Shown piece by piece: positions 13,746 through 25,121 of a stretch of DNA of 64,000 nucleotides. Position numbers and translations under genes: made by a program. The number at the start of each line of letters is the position of its first letter. Position 1 is the first letter of the stretch. Source of the stretch: Tubulanus polymorphus (Eukaryota > Animalia > Nemertea); NCBI RefSeq assembly GCF_964204645.1, contig NW_027437458.1, forward strand, positions 1 through 64,000, read 5' to 3'. The notes below the pieces were generated by a model. The model saw only the letters and a program-made list of their open reading frames with translations. It was not told where the DNA came from and ran no database searches.

Positions 13746-14282
13746 TTATTCAGATTCTGAATTTATTATCTTCATCGCCCCCTCTTCATCAACTTGCTCT
13801 TCACTCTTCTCTCTCGTCTGAGTGTCGCACATCTGCAGTGCCAGGGATAGTTCGGCATCATCTGTGCTGGATATGTCTAAGTTTGTACTACATGTAGTTT
13901 CAATCTCTGGATCTGTGGTTTTTGGTTTTTGTAGTAGCACTTTCTTCGGCTGTGGTTCGGAATTTTGAAACAGACATTTCCGTTTTGGTGTCGATTGAGC
14001 TACCGGTTTGATTGCAGATTTTGCAATCTGGGATTTGAATCCCGCTATGGTCCTTCGGGCATCTGTTTGTAGGGCTGCTAAGTCTTTCTGTATGTCTGTA
14101 CAGAATTTATCAAACGATTCCCGGATGCAAGATAATGCGCGAGGGTTCAACTTACTGGACTCCTTGCAGTTGTGATATACAATGTTGAGCTCAGCCACTG
14201 CCAAATCTTTCACAATGCTACTTTCCGACTGTTTGATCTTGTTTATAATTGTTGTTATTCTTTCATTAATATTAACGGACAT
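13746..14282 (-). CDS. Helitron accessory ORF (~178 aa), unknown function
   Basis: Uninterrupted ORF just upstream of RepHel on the same strand. Splice acceptor tttgcag directly before ATG 14282. Helical-looking N-terminus and basic/acidic low-complexity tail. Confidence 0.6.
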   Translation of the reverse strand: MSVNINERITTIINKIKQSESSIVKDLAVAELNIVYHNCKESSKLNPRALSCIRESFDKFCTDIQKDLAALQTDARRTIAGFKSQIAKSAIKPVAQSTPKRKCLFQNSEPQPKKVLLQKPKTTDPEIETTCSTNLDISSTDDAELSLALQMCDTQTREKSEEQVDEEGAMKIINSESE

Positions 14283-15349
14283 CTGCAAATATAAAAAATT
14301 GTGTGTCGAGTTAAATTTTCACCTATATTTTAAATTGTTTTGGGTCAGATCAGTTGTCAGTAATTACAATGAACAGGACTCATTTCTCATATCTGCAACA
14401 TAGAGAAAAAATTATTTTCTGCCTCATTTGAAGGAATGTTTTTTTCAGGGCACCATAGGGCCCTAAAATTTATGTATTTTTCACCATGTCACCTGTGGGG
14501 CTCCGTAAAGTTTATCATTTAAGCCTACCTTTAATATTTTTATAAATCTTGAGACTTGAAATTGAGAAACTGAAGAACAGCAATGCAGATATCTGAAATG
14601 GACAAAAAAATTGACTTCTAAAAATAAAATGAACCATATATATACTCTGTAGCCTACTTTTAGTTAGTTCCGTAACGTAACGTTTTAACTCGAAAACATT
14701 TTTCCTCATATAATGGTAGCGACTATTTGACTCTCGGGAGCAAAACCATTAGGAACGAATCGGGACTAAAACTTTTGGTCAGTTACTTTCACTTTCACTT
14801 TCACTTTAACTCGACTGAGCAGGTTTATAACTGGACTCAGGTGTTTGGTTGGCTTATATTCTTTGGCTTAGTTCATTTTGTTTCATTGGGAAGCTGGAGA
14901 TATTTCATGAAGTGGCTAGGGCCGGGGTAGCCTCCTGGCATTCAATAAATTTATTTGAATTGATTTTGACTTTATTTTTAGTTCAAGCCCGTTCAAGCTT
15001 TAAATTAGGCATGAGTGTGCCTCTGTGTATTATGTCAATCAGCCTACCTTTGTTATAAACTTTATTGACACCAACGAAGGTTGACGATGACAATAGATGA
15101 ATACAAAACACACTGAAACAGGTTTTCAAAGCATGAATGGAATGAATACACGTGAATGAGAACTGAAGAATCAGTTGTATTTCCGCTTCAGACCATGATG
15201 CCGTGTGAGGCAGTGTGAGCAGTAGGCAGTGAAAGAATAAATATTATTCCGAGAAAACAAAGAACAAAATTACTTACATAACATGCTTTGACACGAAATC
15301 TCATCTCTTGCATTAAAGACATCACTGGGTCAGTTTAAAAAAAAAATAG

Positions 15350-15422
15350 TGGCCCCGCTCGGGAGGCGAACCCGGGGCTTCCGCACGCGAGTCTGCGATG
15401 ATACCGATCGGCCACCGGACAC
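15350..15422 (-). ncRNA. tRNA-derived Pol III-type cassette inside the Helitron (not a canonical tRNA)
   Basis: A-box-like tggccgatcgg, B-box/T-arm-like ccgggttcgcctcccg, about 72 nt, followed by a run of about 10 T. Acceptor and anticodon stems are degenerate. Confidence 0.6.
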
Positions 15423-16869
15423 TTCGATTCACTTGTGAATTAAACAGATACAAATTCGACGATGAATTTAAACTAAACAGATACAAATTTGACGATGAAT
15501 TTAAACTAAGAATAAATTCACTTTTTGCCGAAAATACACAAAATGTCGTCCAAAAGGTTACCCCATGACCATAGTGATTGAATCCTTGCCCAGTAACTGT
15601 AAACAATCATTCGATTATCTCTTTTGATTGTCAAACTAAACATGCACTACTGGCGCCATCTGCTAAAAGAATTGAGAACTATTTGCCGGTGAGCATCTGT
15701 AAATCTGTCGTGAATTAAGTTCGTTTTTTCCACATATATTGAATTTTTTTCCAAAAAAGATACCCCATGACCATCTTCACATACATACCAACAATATGTG
15801 TGAGTATGAAGTGCAGAAACGCCACGGTTACAGAGGAGATACACACCGTACATGTTGAGGCCCACCGCTAATTATAATATGATAATATATCGTTTAGTGT
15901 AAAAAGTAGGAAATCTTTAAAAAAGTGTCAGTTACCCTTTAAGAACTCTTAATCTGATTAGTTGACGTGTTGAACAAAATAAGTCACTTCGTTATTAAAA
16001 TCAAACACAATTTGTGTTCTCTCCACTAGTATTTGCAGAACCTGGTTTACATTGTACGCCAAAGCTTAAATCCACTTTTGGTCACAAATTGTCAATAAGT
16101 GTGAAGATTTGTAGACCGACCGGCGATAACTCGCTGGAGGTAGAATGCGTTTACGGAACGAAACCATTAATGAAGCTGAAAGACATACAGGCACATTCGA
16201 TTGAGCCAAAACAGTGTACGATATTGTGCGGCTGGGCGCTGTTTGGTGAATAAAACGTTGTGACGTTATCTACCATGTCGAGAATTACCCGCTTACAATA
16301 AAAATCCTGGCTATAAAAAAATCCATATTCAAAATGACCAACACTATTGAAAACTATATAAAATGTCCATAAACCTATACAAATCAAATAGAAACCTGTT
16401 AGAAAAAAAGAATGTTAACATGCTATCGGAAGCCAGTTTTGAACACGCACACTACTGTATATCAGTCTAGCACGTTTATCGCTGCGTTACCGGGTCTATT
16501 CACTCGTAAAGCTATTATATATTAAAATTCAATGTAGCTTAGATATTAGGTTCATGCCTACGTTCGCTCTTCTGACCTGGTAAAATTCTTTTACTCGATA
16601 TTAATTCATGATAAATTATTATACGCAGATTTGAAATGATCAGACGCTGAGTTATATTTCTCTCTGAATTGAAAATTACGTTTATAAGCTGTTAGTAGTC
16701 GAATCTGAGAGGAGATACATTTTATGAAAAAGATCTGTCTGGAAAGTGGAAAAGGAATAATCACGAGAATTAGAATACGATATCTGCGAAGCAGCAGAAA
16801 CCCTAATAATAATAATCATAATAATATAGCTGCAAAGCAGCGATAACGGGTTTTCTGCACAGTCTTAGA

Positions 16870-17190
16870 ATCCTGTTCAACGGTGGATTTCAACAAAGCA
16901 TTTGATAAGGCTCAACATCAGCCATTACTAAACAGGCTATTAGGAAACAGTATCAATGATAGGTCGCCCAAATGGCTCAGCAGTTATCTCTGAACGGAAA
17001 CTTGTAACCGAAATCAACGGAACGCCTCATCTTGGAATGAGACGGTCTAACTAGTGGAGTCACGCAAGGTAGTATCCTAAGTCGTCTTCTGTTTGATCTC
17101 CTGACAAATGACATACACAGTAATCCAAAATATACCAGACGGAGTAAATTTCCAAAACGACCTTAACACACTGTTCGACCAAAAAACTTA
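16870..17190 (+). pseudogene. Decayed CR1-group LINE reverse transcriptase fragment
   Basis: Translates to DFNKAFDK..HQPLLNRL (16886) and SGVTQGSILS (17053), with frameshifts between. Confidence 0.7.
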
Positions 17191-17199
17191 ATGTTCCGA

Positions 17200-17503
17200 C
17201 AAAACCACGGGCGACAAAACCAAAGTTATGAATTGTCGCGGGTGACAAAACCAAAATATTGAATTGTCACGGGTGACAAAACAAAAATAATGAATTGTCG
17301 CGGGCGATAAAACCAAAATAATGAATTGTCGCGGGCGATAAAACCACAATAATGAATTGTCGCGGTCGTTAAAACCCAAATATTGAATCGTCGCGGGCGA
17401 TAAAACCAAAATAATGAATTGTCGCGGACGGCAAAAACAAAATAATGAATTGTTGCGTGCGACAAAAGCAAAATAATGAATTGTCGCGGGCGACAAAACC
17501 AAA
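17200..17503. repeat. 31-bp tandem array (left part)
   Basis: Unit aattgtcgcgggcgataaaaccaaaataatg. Confidence 0.95.
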
Positions 17504-18010
17504 CTAGGGGTCCAGGGACACCATGCTCACTTGGGAAGTGGTTTCAAATGCTCAACTATCTAACAATTTAAATACATAATGCCCTCTAGTGACCATATAC
17601 AAAAACCAATGACCTTGAAACCCACCACAATCATAGAACATGTGAGCAGCTATGATTTTGTAATTGATTGTGATAACAAAATATGCCTCGTTACCAATTT
17701 AATATGGAAATACTAAGTTATTCTACTATTCAACGCCCTCTGGTGACCATATGCAAAACCCAATGACCTTAAAACTCACCACAATCGTAGTACATGTCAT
17801 GAAATAAAATTTTGCAATTGATCATAGTAACAAAATATGCCTAGGTACCAATCTAATAAGGAAATACTAAGCCATTCTACTATTCAGCGCCCCCTGGTGA
17901 CTATATGGAATAACTAATGTCCTTAAAAACTCACCACAATCATAGACGATGTCAGGAACTACAACTTAACAATGGATCATGGTGACAAACTATGCCTAGG
18001 TACCAATCTA

Positions 18011-21000
18011 AAGTCTATCCCAGTAGTTATGACCGCGGTGCATCAAAGAGTTGTTACACTAACATATCGGGATCACTGTGGTTTCTATCACTCAGCCTTA
18101 CGAGTAATTGAGGTCAAGCGACTACTGCATTCAAGAGTGAATAATATACCATCCTGGCCATTCATTAAAGGATATAAAATTCCAATTTTTATAATTTTAC
18201 AAAATCCTTTCTTGAATTTTTTAGTTTCATTTTGGGAATAATCATGTCATGTGGCAAATTCAATCTGATTATTGATTTTGTACATCTATAAACTCTTCTG
18301 AGTGTGAGCATATATAATCTGGAATCATCTCATGAGTCGAGTGCTGTTGTTTTGCTTGAAACACCGTCTAAATATAATCTTTCAACTTGGAAATTGGTTT
18401 TGACACTTCATAATGTAAACACCGACTTCAGCATCCAGCGAAAATATTCACTCTTGAATGCAACAAGACTTCAAAACTGAATTTTCATTGCTTATTACTT
18501 CATTTTTAGGCCAGCCGTAGGCTGAGCCTATTACTATACAAATGGAGCGAATTTAAATGACATGGTTTCCACACAAAAGGCTCTTTTGCTTGCCAAGTGA
18601 GGGCATATTCGAACAAATCACGTATTTAAGCGTAATCCATTCTCGGAATCGTAGCGAGCAGAATTTTGAAATAGGGTCTCATAGAAATGTTTTCTGAATT
18701 TTATAGAAAGTTAAATCGGGAAAATTTCAATTTTTATCAGCCAATCAGGAAGTTGTGTCTTCCCTGTGATTGGTTTATCTGAAAATATCAGCAGCTGTTC
18801 ACGTGAATTATCGCGATTTCATTACTGGCGCTTTTGCGCATGACGTCATGTATCAACACGCGACAATACTTCCGCATTCGCTACGTGTTCGCTGATTGGC
18901 CCATTTACTGGGAAATTCCACAGAAGCCTAATGTGGTTTGTTACAAGCGCTGTGATTGGCCCGACCCGATTCTGGCATGGCTTTAGCTTAGTGGGTTCGA
19001 ATCCCTTGACGCGTGAAGATGATGGATCCTATCAATATCTATTGAAACAAATAAGTTTCCCGGTTGGGCAGCCGCGGATATCTACCGGAAGTGTTCCGGT
19101 TCGATATTTCGAGGTTTTTTTGAATTTTGGAGTGATATTGAAATCCGGTAAATACCAGCGGTAGATTGTGAAAACCCATTGCATGATATTTGTATTACTT
19201 AATCCACGAAAAGCGTCGGGGCCGCGCCAGGAGTTTTCGTGATTCAAGTAGCGCAATAGCCTACTTCTTCGTGTTCGTCCACCTCAATTTTCATTCCGCC
19301 GATCTCTGACACGGCTCTGTCCCCGTCGGCGCTGTGATTGCACTTTCGTACCACCAAAATTTTTTATTTCTATATCAGGGAGGTCTGGAGAATAAAAAAG
19401 TCAAAATTTGGATATCACATAGGCCTGATTTCATCGAATAAGTCGACCATGGTCGTTACGTTTCCGTACTTATTACCACCTAAAACCGTCTGAACAATTT
19501 TGTCACAACCAACATTTCGTTTACAGAAATCAGGTGTTCACGTGAACCCGCGGTATCGTCTACTGTTTTACTTCCGGGTTTTATTTTAAGATTTAAAATT
19601 GTATTTCAAGATCGATTTCTATGAAATCTTTAGTTGATTTGGTGTTTGGGAGGAATTTTTATTTGCTCTACAGAAAATTCATCCTTGACAATTGCGCAAG
19701 GTTCGCGAAAAAAATGGTTTTACCAAATCGGGTCTATGACCTTGATATGCTAATTAGCCATGTGCCCATATTGCAAATTCAATCAAATTTTATTCTGCCA
19801 AAAAAATGTTAAATACAATTCGCTTTCCGAGAGTTAATGGTATGCTGCATGGAACAAAGTTGTTTTGAGATGGGTCTTGAAGCTATTGAGGTCGAGAGAT
19901 AACCATCTAGATAGTTCGTGAGAGTTCCAAAGTTTTGAAGAGGCTTCAAGGTAATGTCTTGATATTTGGTTTATACGTGTATCTACCCTAGACACATCAT
20001 CAGGCCAAAAACTGGCCCTGTCAGATTCAAGATGGCCGACTGGCAGCCATTGTTGTTCGCCAAAATCAGCACTTTTTACACATTTTTGAAGTTTTCGTGG
20101 GAAATTTTGAAGACACTTTTATCAATAACCTTGATAATTCGTATATATTTGTTTCCCCCGTGGGCCCATCGGCATGAGAAAAATTGGGTCGATCGGACTC
20201 AAGATGGCCGTACTGTGACCTTTTTTGTTCCCAAAAATGTCAATTTTGGCCTGAATTCTGAGTACTGTAGCTTTCTAATGGTGTGCCATGTTTCATTGCA
20301 ATTTGTAATGGGTATTCTTTGGAAAGGGATCTTTTATATCCGAGAGGGTATTTTTGACCAGGCAATTACGACGCACTTGGCGGCCATCTTGGAGTCATCA
20401 GTACTCATTCGTAGGTGGAAAAAAGTTTTTCCACATCATAATTGATACTTAAGCATATTTTGCTACTATTATCAATTGGAAAGTTGTAGCTCATGACGTT
20501 CTATGATCGAGGTGAGTTTCAAGCTCATTGGTTTTTGTTTATGGCCACCAGGGGGCGTTGAACAATACAATAACTTAGTATTTCTATATTACATTCGTAC
20601 CTATGCATATTTTGCTACCACAATCAATTGGAAAGTTGTAGCTCATGACATGGTCTATGATCTTGGTGAGTTTCAAGCTCATTGGTTTTTGTATATGGCC
20701 ACCAGGGGGCGTTGAACAATACAATAACTTCGTATTTCTATATTACATTCGTTCCTGCTGTCTGTGTTAACACACGATTTTACTATGTAAAGGATATTGA
20801 GCAGGGAGTGTATATTGATAAATATAACCCACAGATTACATCATTAATAAAAAGAAAATCTGACAGACTGGCCATTGTGCCCCTTGGGGCTCTTGTCTTG
20901 GATTAAGTGTGGAAAAGTTTTGCTCTTTATTCACTCTTGCCTGTAACCATAGTAACAAGCAGCTGGGGTCCAGCGAGTCAGCAATGCTCATGGTGAGTTT

Positions 21001-21092
21001 GACCACTTAAACCTGTCAGTATCAATTAAATTGTTGTTGATACTGGCTCTTTGAGAGTGAAATGCCGCGGTCATAACCACTGGGATAGACTG
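18011..21092. mobile_element. Tc1/mariner-type non-autonomous element
   Basis: 28-bp TIR (c/a)agtctatcccagt(a/g)gttatgaccgcgg. TA duplicated at 18009-18010 and 21093-21094. Host HINE repeat rejoins exactly (aatcTAataagg). Confidence 0.8.
18503..20755 (+). mobile_element. Chimeric HINE: different 5' head (tttttaggccagccgtaggctgagccta) followed by family A body from ~19930
   Basis: 19930-20755 aligns with ~38600-39350. The 5' hairpin layout resembles the family A head. Confidence 0.5.
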
Positions 21093-22004
21093 TAATAAGG
21101 AAAAACTAAGCTTTTCTACTATTCAACGCCCCCTGGTGACTATATGGAATAACTAATGTCCTTAAAAACTCACCACAATCATAGACGATGTCATGAACTA
21201 CAACTTTGCAATTGATCATGGTAACAAAATATGCCTTGGTACAAATATAATATAGCGATACTAAGTTATTGTATTATTCAACGCCCCCTGATGGCCACAT
21301 ACAAAAACCAATGACCTTGAAACTCACCAAAATCATAGAACACGTTATGGGCTACAACTTTCCAATTGAATATAGTAACACAATATGCTTACGTATCAAT
21401 TTAATGTGGAAAAACTTTTTCCCACCTACGAATGAGTACTGATGACACCAAGATGGCCGCCAATTGCGTCATAATTGGCTGATCAAAATACCTGTCCCAG
21501 GTATAAAACATCCCTCTCTAAAGAATACCCATCAGCAATTGCAATGAGAAATGGCAAACCAGTAGGAAGCTACAGGACCTAGAATTCTGGCCAAAATTGA
21601 CATTTTTGGGCACTAAAAAGGTCATAGGACGGCCATCTTGAGTCAGATCGACCCAATTTTCTTATGCTGATGGGCCTTTGGTAGATTCAAATATAAACGA
21701 AAGATCAAGGTAATTGATCAAAGCGTCTTCAAAATTTCCCACGAAAACTTCGAAAATGTTTAAAAAGTGCTGATTATGGCAAACAACAACGGCTGCCAGT
21801 CGACCATCTTGAATCTTACAGGGCCAGTTTTTGGGCTGACGATGTGTCTAGGGTAGATACATGTATAAACCAAATATCAAGACATTACCTTGAAGCGTCT
21901 TCAAAACTTCCCGAAATAACTGGATTCCGTCTATGGACGGACGGACGGACGGACGAAAAGTGAACGTAATAGCCCGCTGGGACTAAAGTCCCAAGTGGAC
22001 TGAA

Positions 22005-23607
22005 AAAGAATTGTCGCGGGCGACAAAACCAAACTAATGAATTGTCGCGGGTGATAAAACGAAAATATTGAATTGTCACGGGCGACAAAACCTAACGAAT
22101 GAATTGTCGGGGGCGATAAAACCAAACGATGAATTGTCGCGGGCGATAAAACAAAAATATTGAATTGTCGCGGGTGATAAAACCAAAATATTGAATTGTC
22201 GCGGGCGACAAAACCAAACTATTGAATTGTCGCGGGCGTTAAAACCAAACTATGAATTGTCGCGGGCGATAAAACCAAAATAATGAATTGTCTCGGGCGA
22301 CAAAAACATAATATTTAATTGTCACGTGCGATAAAACCAAAATAATGAATTTTCGCGGGCGACAAAACCAAAATAATGAATTGTTGCGGGCGATAAAACC
22401 AAAATAATGATTTGTCGCGGGCGACAAAACCAAAATATTGAATTGTCGCGGGCGACAAAAAAAAAAAAAAAACCAAAATAATGAATTGTCGCGGGCGACA
22501 AAAACAAAATATAAAACCAAAATAATGAATTGTCGCGGGCGACAAAACCAAAATAATGAATTGTCGCGGGCGACAAAACCAAAAAAGAATTGTCGGGGCG
22601 ACAAAACCAAGAATGAATTGTCGCGGGCGACAAAACCAAAATGGTGAATTGTAGTGGGCGACAAAACCAAAATAATGAATTGTCGTGGGCGATAAAACCA
22701 AAATAATGAATTGTCGCTGGCGATAAAACCAAAATAATGAATTGTCTCGGGCGACACAACCAAAATAATGAATTGTCACGGGCGATAAAACCAAAATAAT
22801 GAATTATCACGGGCGATAAAACCAAAATATTGAATTGTCGCGGGCGATTAAACCAAAATAATGAATTGTCGCGGGCAACAAAACCAAAAAAAAAAATTGT
22901 CGCGGGCGACAAAACCAAAATAATGAATTGTCGCTGGAGATAAAACCAAAGTAATGAATTGTTGCGGGCGATAAAACCAAAATATTGAATTGTCGCGGGC
23001 GACAAAAACCAAACTAATGAATTGTCGCGGGCGACAAAACCAAAAAAAGAATTGTCGGGGCGACAAAACCAAAAAAAAATTGTCGCGGACGACAAAAACA
23101 AAATATTTAAAAAAAATAATGAATTGTCTCGGGCGACAAAACCAAAAAGAAGAATTGTCGCGGGCGACAAAACCAAAATAATGAATTGTCGCTGGAGATA
23201 AAACCAAAGTAACGAATTGTCGCGGGCGATAAAACCAAAATATTGAATTGTCGCGGGCGACAAAAACCAAACTAATGAATTGTCGCGGGCGACAAAACCA
23301 AAAAAAGAATTGTCGGGGCGACAAAACCAAAATAATGAATTGTCGCGGGCGATAAAACCAAAATAATGAATTGTCGCGGGCGACAAAACCAAAATGGTGA
23401 ATTGTCGCGGGCGACAAAACCAAAATAATGAATTGTCGCTGGCGATAAAACCAAAATAATGAATTGTCGCAGGCGATAAAACCGGGACAAAAAAAAATTG
23501 TCGAGGGCGATAAAACCAAAATTATGAATTGTTGCGTGCGACAAAACCAAAACAATGAATTGTCGCAGGCGATAAAACCAAAATAATGAATTGTCGCGGG
23601 CGATAAA
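22005..23607. repeat. 31-bp tandem array (~50 units)
   Basis: Same unit as 17200-17503. Each unit contains the ttgtcg-cggg-cga(c/t)aa hairpin. Confidence 0.97.
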
Positions 23608-24077
23608 TGGGGCTAAATTTTCGATGTTTACGGCCCGACAGCGCTTTTGTATGATTCGTGAAAAAACACGCGGGCTATTTGTAGATCTCAGTGAGCTGAA
23701 CGATATTATATGGATTGTATATGAAACAGTGGTAAGGTAACAAAGCCTATGTTCTTTTGGTAAAAATAGTGTGGAAGAAAATAATAATAATACTAATCAC
23801 GCGGATATCAATAGGGTTTTCTGTGAAATAACAGAAATCCCTAAATATATTTTCTTATATATGGAATTCACCAAGACCCTTTGTGTCTGATGTACCACAG
23901 ACAAAAACAACATTTTCTCAGTACTTCTAAATCACTGTGACTTAAAACCACAAGAAATCCAGTTTCACTAATCCGATTGTTAAAAATAAACTATCATTAG
24001 AAACCTCACACATTCAGTTTTCTAATTAGTAGGCCTATATTCATTGGGAGGTTCTTCCATCATAGTCCATGTCCATT

Positions 24078-25121
24078 TTCATGGGCTTGCATGCTTGCAA
24101 GCCCATATTGGTATCACACGGATTGATAACTTGCTTGGGTAGTCGATAACTTTTGTTAGAAACTTTCTTGGGCTCTGATATTTACACACATTTGCAGTAA
24201 TAAAATCTAGGTTCCTTTCGTATATTGGCTATATCGGTTGTCGTTTTCATTGTTTCATGATTTTGTTTATTCGTTTTTTTTATTTCAGCAGCGCATACCA
24301 ACCTTGGTTGAGCGTGCGTGATCAGTCTTGAAATTGGTATTCATTCGCGGCATAGTGCTGCCGACAATTCAATTCATTCCTTATTGACACAATTAAAATT
24401 TCACAATAAAACATTTATTTTCACGTTTTTAAGAAATTTGTTTGATTTTCTTTTACTTTCATTGGGTGCTTGCGTTAGCAGCCATTTGAAAGATCTCTGT
24501 ATGAATATTTATATTTTTCAGTTAAAATATCTAAAACTTAAAAACCGCTTTTCTGTAAAATAAATTCTGAATTGAATTGAAGACTGGTTCCCTGTATCCA
24601 AAGAGCCAGGGGACGGTAGTCTATGGGAAATAAACTTTATCGAATGATCGTAGTGGATTGTCATTTGAAGGAAATGCAACTTATTCTTGCTTAATGTCTT
24701 TATTATTCTAAAAAGACAAATCGCTATCTACTGCTGCTATCTATTTTCGTGTTCGCTTCTCTTCACCTGACGTCACTTGAGTTAGTCACTTATTTTCTTT
24801 CAGTTGTAAATGTTTCTATGCAAAATCATTTCAACACAATCCTATAAGTAATCTAGCAATTATAAACATGATGATAGATTCTGTTAAGACACTACAATAT
24901 TCAAATAACAACTATCCAAAAGCTTGCACTAACTTGGTCCACGTCTACAATAAAACCATTCGGATTCCCAGTCCCCGTGTGTAACATTTCATGTAACGAT
25001 GTAAGACAACACCGATCTCTTAGCTCTTTAAAAAGTAATCAATTCAAAGTTCGATTAATTCTACTACAGAAATACAAAACCACCAAGCCAGCTTTCAGTA
25101 CAACCATGTCCGCAAGCCCAT
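24078..25121 (+). mobile_element. HINE-like family B element
   Basis: 5' atgggcttgc-atgctt-gcaagcccat hairpin and 3' subterminal gcaagcccat at 25112-25121; T-rich flanks. Confidence 0.5.

Larger units (their letters stand above)
8919..15882 (-). mobile_element. Full-length Helitron1 (rolling-circle transposon)
   Basis: 5' TC at 15882-15881 and 3' CTAG at 8922-8919. Subterminal hairpin acccgtc-gct-gacgggt at 8929-8945. Inserted between A and T without TSD. Encodes RepHel. Confidence 0.93.
7554..15938. mobile_element. Kolobok-like non-autonomous element (~1.4 kb) split by the Helitron
   Basis: TTAA|agggtaactgacactttttt at 7550 and aaaaaagtgtcagttaccct|TTAA ending 15942. TTAA TSD with purine-purine termini. 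Confidence 0.75.
17504..22007 (-). mobile_element. HINE family A copy (DINE-1-like) inserted in the 31-bp array and itself interrupted by 18011-21092
   Basis: 3' end ctaggggtccagggacaccatgctcacttggg at 17504. 5' end with (gtcc)n microsatellite at 21935-22007. ~155-bp internal repeats continue across the insertion. Confidence 0.85.
16823..23845 (-). mobile_element. HINE family C copy containing a 31-bp array, a CR1 fragment and nested insertions
   Basis: Head (aggg.tttctg..cagaaaaccct + (att)n) at 23845-23780, same as 61449. 3' module cagaaaacccgttatcgctgctttgcagctatatt at 16857-16823. Confidence 0.65.

Noticed and set aside
19966-20445. 159-aa ORF, and similar ORFs at 42344-42640 and 42955-43215
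   Set aside because: They lie in non-coding HINE A bodies, and the frames are not preserved between copies.
22005-23607. CRISPR-like appearance and long ORFs (up to 356 aa) in the 31-bp arrays; also 17188-17502 and 62813-63313
   Set aside because: Units are contiguous with no unique spacers and there are no cas genes. The ORFs are artefacts of a stop-free repeat strand.
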